Assembly: GCA_047517385.1 (NCBI GenBank)
Contig: JAKZSW010000003.1
Span: 361 to 64,360, forward strand
DNA: 64,000 bases
Direction: 5' to 3'
DNA from: Candidatus Tectimicrobiota bacterium
Lineage (GTDB): Bacteria; Tectomicrobia; Entotheonellia; Entotheonellales; Entotheonellaceae
The position numbers were made by a program, and so were the translations under genes. The notes beneath the pieces were generated by a model. It saw only the letters and a list, made by a program, of their open reading frames with translations. It did no database searches and was not told the origin of the DNA. Shown here one piece after another: positions 57,036-64,000 of this stretch (its first letter is position 1; every line of letters starts with the position of its first letter).

Positions 57036-58106
57036 ATGGCACACAGAATGAACAAGCTCGCCGCGCTGGCAATGGTCATCGCGGTATGCCTGTTTGCCGC
57101 AATGGCCCACGCCCAGATGGACGACAAGCCGCTCATGGAAAACTGGGCCCCAACGGAATGGGGTCCGGACGACCGGGTCGGCGCACCCAATCGCACCACG
57201 CCGGAGATCGTTCTAAACGCGATCAGGCTGGTCAAGCAAGGCAAGGTGGCGACGCTTGGCAAACTGTACGCCTCCGATGTTCCCCTTTTCGGCCCCCGAA
57301 GCTGGAGCCTGACCATCCCCGGCACTCCCACCGGCGGCCCGTTCGGCAAGAACAACCTGGTGTATCACGATGAATTGGTGACCACTGAACTAGGCCAAGT
57401 AAGCACCCAGTTCGACGGTCCGGGCCACATCGGCGTCCGCACCTCGGCAGGCGATTTCTTCTACAACGGCCAGATGGCCGCCGAGACTTACACCCGCGGC
57501 GCCGGTGGACGCGTCATCGGCATGGGCGGTCTCGGTGTCGAGTTTGTAGCGGAGAAGGGTTTCGTGTGCCGCGGCGTGCTGCTGAACGCCGCCGACTACA
57601 AGGGCATAAACCCGCTGCCGATCCCGCGCTCGACGGACAGCCCGGGCATTGTCACCGCCGACGACGTGCGGGGCATGTTGCGCAAGCAAGGCCTCTCGGA
57701 CATCGGCGAGGGAGACTGCGTGTTCCTGTACACCGGCCACGGCGACCTGTGGTCGAACGAAGTGTGGCCCACCCTGTCCACGGAAGAGAAGGCGCAGCGC
57801 CGGCAGATGTTCAACTCCGGCGAGCCGGGCTTCGGCGTCAGCGCCTGCGAGTACTTTGCCGAGCGTAAAATCATTCTGACCGGCGGCGATACGTCGGCGA
57901 ACGACGCCCAGCCGGTTGGCGAGGCAGAAGGATACGCGGTGCCGTGTCACACCGAGATGCAAACACGGCGCGGTATCTGGAATATCGAAAATCTTGATTT
58001 CACGCCATTGATCAGGGACGGGGCGTACGAGTTCCTGTTCGTCTGGTCACCCCTGAAGATCGTCGGCGCGACCGGCTCCCCCGGCAACCCGGTGGCGCTG
58101 TACTAA
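57036..58106 (+). CDS. Secreted cyclase-family protein, paralog B
   Basis: 356 aa, AAAGGAGAGGA SD. Sec signal ..AAMAHA/QM. STQFDGPGHIG. The C-terminus IWNIENLDF..GAYEFLFVWSPLKIVGATGSPGNPVALY parallels paralog A. Confidence 0.8.
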   Translation: MAHRMNKLAALAMVIAVCLFAAMAHAQMDDKPLMENWAPTEWGPDDRVGAPNRTTPEIVLNAIRLVKQGKVATLGKLYASDVPLFGPRSWSLTIPGTPTGGPFGKNNLVYHDELVTTELGQVSTQFDGPGHIGVRTSAGDFFYNGQMAAETYTRGAGGRVIGMGGLGVEFVAEKGFVCRGVLLNAADYKGINPLPIPRSTDSPGIVTADDVRGMLRKQGLSDIGEGDCVFLYTGHGDLWSNEVWPTLSTEEKAQRRQMFNSGEPGFGVSACEYFAERKIILTGGDTSANDAQPVGEAEGYAVPCHTEMQTRRGIWNIENLDFTPLIRDGAYEFLFVWSPLKIVGATGSPGNPVALY

Positions 58107-58187
58107 GCCAGCCCCAGGGGCGTCGGATACACCGTCGCCCCTGTTTCCACTGACGATTCCTCCTCAGTCGTCCCCCAGTTCCGCGGC

Positions 58188-59828
58188 CTACCTGTTGGCC
58201 TTATAGTAATTGATCAGCCCGGTCGTCGAACTATCATGACCGGTGACCTCAGCCGTGCCTTCCAATTCAGGCAGAATGGCGTTGGCAAGCTGCTTGCCGA
58301 GTTCCACCCCCCATTGATCGAATGAATTGATATTCCAGATGATCCCTTGCGTGAAGATCTTGTGCTCGTAGAGCGCGATGAGTTGGCCGAGAATTCTCGG
58401 CGTGATCTGAGGCACCAAAATGCTGTTGGTCGGCTTGTTGCCGGAAAGCACCCTGTGGGGAACGAGGTCTGCCATGGCCGACTCGCTCACGCCGCTTTCG
58501 GCGACTTCGGTACGCACCTCCTCGGCGGTTCTGCCCTTCATCAAGGCCTCCGTCTGCGCAAAGAAGTTTGACAACAGAATCGCGTGGTGGTCGCCGACCG
58601 CATTGTGGCTTTTCACGGGCGCGATGAAGTCACACGGAATGAGTCGGGTGCCCTGATGCATGAGTTGATAGAAAGCATGCTGCCCGTTGGTGCCCGGCTC
58701 ACCCCAAACGACCGGGCCCGTCGAATGTTCAACCGGCGCCCCGTTGCGCTGGACGCTCTTGCCGTTGCTCTCCATGTCGCCTTGCTGGAAATAGGCGGGA
58801 AAGCGGTGCATATATTGATCGTACGGCAGGATCGCGTGGGTCTGGGCACCCAAAAAGTTGTTGTACCAGATGCCCAGCAGCCCGAGCGTAGCAGGAAGGT
58901 TTTCCTCAAGCGGCGCGGTGCGGAAATGCTCGTCCATGTCGTGCGCCCCGTCGAGAAGCCCGCTGAAGTTGTCGAAACCAATGGCAATTGCAATCGACAG
59001 GCCGATGGCCGACCACAACGAGTAACGCCCTCCCACCCAGTCCCAGAACGGGAACATGTTGGCAGGATCAATGCCGAATTCGCGCACCGCTTCGGCGTTC
59101 GTGGACAGCGCCACAAAATGCTTGGCCACATGGGCGTCGTCCCCAGCCTGGCGCAAAAACCAATCCCTGGCCGTGCGGGCATTGGTCATCGTTTCCTGGG
59201 TCGTAAAGGTCTTCGACGCAACGAGAAACAGCGTCGTCTCCGGGCGGCAGGGTTTCAGCGTCTCGGCCAGGTGAGTGCCGTCGATATTGGAAACGAAGCG
59301 CACGTGCAATCCTTCCTGGGCATAAGGCTTGAGCGCCTCCGTGACCATGGCGGGGCCCAGATCGGAGCCGCCGATGCCGATATTCACCACGTCAGTGAAC
59401 GCTTTGCCGGTATACCCCGTCCAGGTGCCCTGGCGCACCGCGGTGCTGAACGCCTGCATGCGGTCCAGCACCTCATTGATCTGTGGCATGATGTCGATGC
59501 CGTCCACCCATATGGAGCGGTTGGTGCGGTTGCGTAGCGCGATATGCAACACGGCGCGGTCCTCGGTCGTGTTAATCTTGCTGCCGGTGAACATGCGCTC
59601 GATCCAGCCCGGCAGGTCTGCCTGCATCGCCAAGTCGCGCAGAAGCCGCATCGTATCGCCAGTAATCCGGTTCTTGGAGTAGTCCAGCAGTATTTCGCCG
59701 AACCGCAGCGAAAATGTATCGAAACGCTGGAGGTCGGCGGCGAACATGTCCCGCATGTGTTCGGCGGCGATGATTTCTTTGTGAGCCTCCAAGGCTTTCC
59801 AGGTTTTGGACATCGTGAGCCGGCTCAT
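58188..59828 (-). CDS. pgi: Glucose-6-phosphate isomerase
   Basis: 546 aa. [11 protein letters not shown], and [24 protein letters not shown] upstream of the ATG at 59828. Confidence 0.95.
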   Translation of the reverse strand: MSRLTMSKTWKALEAHKEIIAAEHMRDMFAADLQRFDTFSLRFGEILLDYSKNRITGDTMRLLRDLAMQADLPGWIERMFTGSKINTTEDRAVLHIALRNRTNRSIWVDGIDIMPQINEVLDRMQAFSTAVRQGTWTGYTGKAFTDVVNIGIGGSDLGPAMVTEALKPYAQEGLHVRFVSNIDGTHLAETLKPCRPETTLFLVASKTFTTQETMTNARTARDWFLRQAGDDAHVAKHFVALSTNAEAVREFGIDPANMFPFWDWVGGRYSLWSAIGLSIAIAIGFDNFSGLLDGAHDMDEHFRTAPLEENLPATLGLLGIWYNNFLGAQTHAILPYDQYMHRFPAYFQQGDMESNGKSVQRNGAPVEHSTGPVVWGEPGTNGQHAFYQLMHQGTRLIPCDFIAPVKSHNAVGDHHAILLSNFFAQTEALMKGRTAEEVRTEVAESGVSESAMADLVPHRVLSGNKPTNSILVPQITPRILGQLIALYEHKIFTQGIIWNINSFDQWGVELGKQLANAILPELEGTAEVTGHDSSTTGLINYYKANR

Positions 59829-59901
59829 GGATGGGTCTCCTTCGCAAAGGGCGGCAACTTGCTGTAATCCATACCGCTTGAGAGCGGGGAAAGGTTCAGA
59901 C

Positions 59902-61542
59902 TTGGAAATAGATAGACCTCATGGGTCGCAAGGCATGGTATGCGCCGCGCATCCGGCGGCAGCGCAGGCCGGCCTTGAGATGCTGCAACTCGGCGGCAAT
60001 GCGATCGACGCCGCCCTGGCCATCTCGTTCACTCTCAATGTCGTTGAACCCTACGCCTCCGGCCTGGGCGGCGGCGGATTCATGACGATATGGATGCCAG
60101 ACAACCATGCCAATTCCCCCGCCGCCCGCCTCGGTAATGGCCGGGTGCTCTGCCTGGACTTCCGGGAAAAAGCTCCCGCCGCCGCCACGCCGGATCATTA
60201 CTACGGCACCGGCCAATCCGTGCATGATCTTACCCTGCACGGCCCGCTGGCGGTTGCGGTGCCTGGCATGCCAAGTGGGCTCGCCCACGCCGCCGCACAT
60301 TTCGGGCTGCTGTCGCGTCAGACGCTGGAACCCATGATCGCGCCGGCCATCCGCCACGCGGAACGCGGCATCACCGTTACCCCCAAAATGGCCAAGCAGT
60401 TCGCCGCGCACCACGATTTTCTGTCTCGCTACCCCACGACGGCACGCATCTTCACCCGCCCCCAAGGCCCCATACCCGCCGGCGAGCTGTTACAACAGCC
60501 GGAACTGGCGCAAACTTTGACGCACATTTCGGAAATCGGGTTGGAAGCCTTCGGCCAGGATACGTTTGCCCGTCGGCTTGAGCGCTTCATGGCGGCCCAC
60601 GGCGGCCTGATTGCCGCGAACGACCTGGCTGCCTACCGAACGCATGAGCGCCCGATTATCCGCGGCACCTACCGCGATTACACCCTGCTGACCACCCCGC
60701 CCCCAAGCACCGGCGGGATACGCCTGCTCCAGGTTCTCAACGTCCTGGAACGCTACCCCGTACGCGATTGGGGACCGCACGCCGCCGACACCATCCACCT
60801 GATCGCCGAGGCGCTCAAGGCGTCATTCGCGGCGGGCGAGCGCTACGTCGCCGATCCCGACACCCTGCCGGCGATTCCAATGGACGAGTTGATCGACAAA
60901 GCGTGGGCCGCCGACCCCGGCCGCAACCTGTCGCTCGATCGAACCAACCCGGCGTTCTCCCACGACAGCTCGCCCGACGACGGTCAGGGATGCACAACGC
61001 ACTATTCGATCATCGACCGCTGGGGCAACATCGTCTCCGCCACGCAGACCATCGGCCTCTTCTGGGGCTCCGGCATGGTCCTGGACGGCACCGGCCTGCT
61101 GCTCAACGGCGAAATGAACGACTTCTCCGAAGGCCGCGCCCACATCAACGCCGTGGCGCCGGGCAAAATCCCGCGCAGCCACATGTGCCCGACCATCGTG
61201 CTCAAGGATGACCGGCCCTTCATGATTCTGGGCTCTCCCGCCAGTCACCGCATCCCCTCCGCGGTCCTGCAGACCCTGTCCAACGTCATCGACCACGACA
61301 TGGATCTGGCCGCCGCGGTGGCAGCGCCACGCACGCACTGGCAGGATGGCGTCCTGCACCTGGAAGCGGGCATTGAACCACAGGTGGCCGCACAACTGGA
61401 ACAAAAAGGCCATGTCGTCGAACGCTACGCCACCAAGGACCGCTACTTCGGCGGCGTGCACGCCATCCGCATCGACCCACAATCCGGCGCGCTGAGCGGA
61501 GCCGCCGACCCGCGCCGCGACGGCCAGGCCATCGGCTATTGA
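59902..61542 (+). CDS. ggt: Gamma-glutamyltransferase-family Ntn hydrolase (no obvious signal peptide)
   Basis: Frame of ORF 59806..61542. The likely start is TTG 59902 (GGGGAAAGG SD) or ATG 59935. [26 protein letters not shown], and the autoprocessing site [10 protein letters not shown]. Confidence 0.85.
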   Translation: MEIDRPHGSQGMVCAAHPAAAQAGLEMLQLGGNAIDAALAISFTLNVVEPYASGLGGGGFMTIWMPDNHANSPAARLGNGRVLCLDFREKAPAAATPDHYYGTGQSVHDLTLHGPLAVAVPGMPSGLAHAAAHFGLLSRQTLEPMIAPAIRHAERGITVTPKMAKQFAAHHDFLSRYPTTARIFTRPQGPIPAGELLQQPELAQTLTHISEIGLEAFGQDTFARRLERFMAAHGGLIAANDLAAYRTHERPIIRGTYRDYTLLTTPPPSTGGIRLLQVLNVLERYPVRDWGPHAADTIHLIAEALKASFAAGERYVADPDTLPAIPMDELIDKAWAADPGRNLSLDRTNPAFSHDSSPDDGQGCTTHYSIIDRWGNIVSATQTIGLFWGSGMVLDGTGLLLNGEMNDFSEGRAHINAVAPGKIPRSHMCPTIVLKDDRPFMILGSPASHRIPSAVLQTLSNVIDHDMDLAAAVAAPRTHWQDGVLHLEAGIEPQVAAQLEQKGHVVERYATKDRYFGGVHAIRIDPQSGALSGAADPRRDGQAIGY

Positions 61543-61594
61543 AGTAGTCTCCCGGAGTGCCCGCAGGTTGTCAAAACGTCGCGTTTTTCGTTAG

Positions 61595-63124
<1,530 letters not shown>

Positions 63125-63240
63125 TTCCCGTAACTTGGCACCGCGGCCAGGGCGCAGTCCAGGCCGCGGTGCTTTCCGTCGTGCGCCACTTTCCGTCCTA
63201 CCCTTACACCCCAAGCTGCCCAATTGCCTTCGTGAGAAAC

Positions 63241-63456
63241 TCACAAGTCTTCCGGCCTGAGACCTGTGCGCTTGGCAATGCGAGCCAGCATCCAAGGACC
63301 AATCTCGTCGCTGTCGTGAAAAGTAAACACGACATCCGGCCAATTGGGGCGGGCAAGCACGCGATGAGACCCACGGGCATGCCGCTTGACGGATCAACCG
63401 ATGCGTAACAAGGCCGCGAACACACGACTGGCTTTGGTTGAGGGCCACCGGCTCAT
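63241..63456 (-). pseudogene. hicA: HicA toxin with an in-frame TGA (W>stop at codon 21)
   Basis: Own reading. The ATG at 63456 overlaps the hicB stop (ATGA). MSRWPSTKASRVFAALLRIG*SVKRHARGSHRVLARPNWPDVVFTFHDSDEIGPWMLARIAKRTGLRPEDL*. The stop at 63394-63396 replaces the conserved GW of HicA. The catalytic GSH motif downstream is intact. Confidence 0.7.
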
Positions 63457-63659
63457 GCTACCACCGCAAAGACCTCACCCATCGCAGAGACGGATTCGCC
63501 GTGCTCGAGACGGTCGGCCAAGACCCGAAGCGCCAGGACCTGTGCCCGTGCAATAGCTTCTTCGCGTGTCTGTCCATAGGCGAGGACGCCGGGCAGCGCG
63601 GGGATTTCGGTTAGCCAACGTCCATCCTCTTCCTGCTCCACTTCGATTGTGAAGGGCAT
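63453..63659 (-). CDS. hicB: HicB-family antitoxin (68 aa)
   Basis: MPFTIEVEQEEDGRWLTEIPALPGVLAYGQTREEAIARAQVLALRVLADRLEHGE is the classical UPF0150/HicB N-domain. Confidence 0.75.
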   Translation of the reverse strand: MPFTIEVEQEEDGRWLTEIPALPGVLAYGQTREEAIARAQVLALRVLADRLEHGESVSAMGEVFAVVA

Positions 63660-64000
63660 GATGCTGTTCCTACTTCGTGGGATTTATCCTGCCATTCTGT
63701 CGCTAACTCGAGGAAATAACGCCAGTATGAATTGCACAAATGGCGTTTGTATGAGCCAGGCTCACTGCAAACCCCCTTTGCACGGGCCAACACCGTCTAC
63801 TCTGATCCCGCTTTTGGCAAACTTCTTGCGGCCTCTACCAGCTTCTCTCGTAAGCCTTGCTCAATTGTTTTTTCAAAATTTCTGCTAACAGATGTAAAAG
63901 CCCTTACCTTGACGAATCTGCTTTTTATCTTTGGAAACGGCAACAGAAAATCGCGTGCAAAATTTTGGAGCCACATACTCTGTCCGTTAAGAGGGGTGAA

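Noticed and set aside
63394-63396. In-frame TGA in hicA (and TGA/TAG in brnA and lepB2) considered as selenocysteine, recoding or an alternative genetic code.
   Set aside because: The expected residues are Trp or Arg, not Cys/Sec, and no SECIS-like hairpin was noticed. Many genes in the window terminate with TGA or TAG at family-typical lengths, so the standard code applies.
63797-64000. Open frame on the minus strand running to the window edge (..MWLQNFARDFLLPFPKIKSRFVKVRAFTSVSRNFEKTIEQGLREKLVEAARSLPKAGSE*) in the low-GC terminal stretch.
   Set aside because: It is partial, has no recognisable family motif, and I cannot tell whether it is coding. Left unannotated.

Overview
High-G+C (about 60-65% by eye), densely coding bacterial chromosomal segment. 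I recognised no rRNA, tRNA, CRISPR array, transposase or integrase. All product calls come from reading motifs by eye; no search was run.

Core genes: purC; a pyrimidine operon pyrR-pyrB-pyrC-carA-carB-pyrD; lepB and rsmA; sucCD-ndk; ddl; a complete Pup-proteasome cluster (mpa-dop-pup-prcB-prcA-pafA); ccsA-like/hemA/hemC; an RND efflux pair; pgi, ggt and class II ilvC. SurA, RND/MFP and a lipoprotein alongside a Pup-proteasome point to a diderm, Nitrospirota-like host rather than an actinobacterium (inference only).

Accessory genes:
- a type I R-M operon ordered hsdR-hsdS-[decayed AlbA_2/Schlafen-like gene]-hsdM;
- an EEP-family lipoprotein;
- a 991-aa secreted dockerin/PKD protein with 21 RCC1-like repeats of 37 aa;
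- an effector-less NACHT-HEAT STAND NTPase on a lower-GC patch;
- three toxin-antitoxin loci (hicBA x2, vapBC) whose toxins are all broken while the antitoxins are intact;
- two DUF4415/BrnA-like gene fragments;
- a block of exported (Tat/Sec) amidohydrolase_2 and cyclase paralogs around an HpcH aldolase.

Signals most worth a second look:
1. A 21-nt hairpin palindrome (CCCCTCCC-TCAAG-GGGAGGGG) occurs three times, each in-frame inside pyrC or carB.
2. A 64-aa extension precedes the twin-arginine motif of two tandem amidohydrolases and is under strong purifying selection (23 synonymous vs 1 replacement difference in 87 codons).
3. The R-M-embedded Schlafen-like gene carries three successive single-base deletions and has no stop codon before hsdM.
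4. A gene-conversion-like lepB duplication flanks rsmA.
5. The 21-blade RCC1 protein.
6. The NACHT-HEAT gene.

All inactivating lesions (6 single-base deletions, 3 G:C>A:T nonsense changes) fall in accessory genes. This argues for real gene decay rather than sequencing error.
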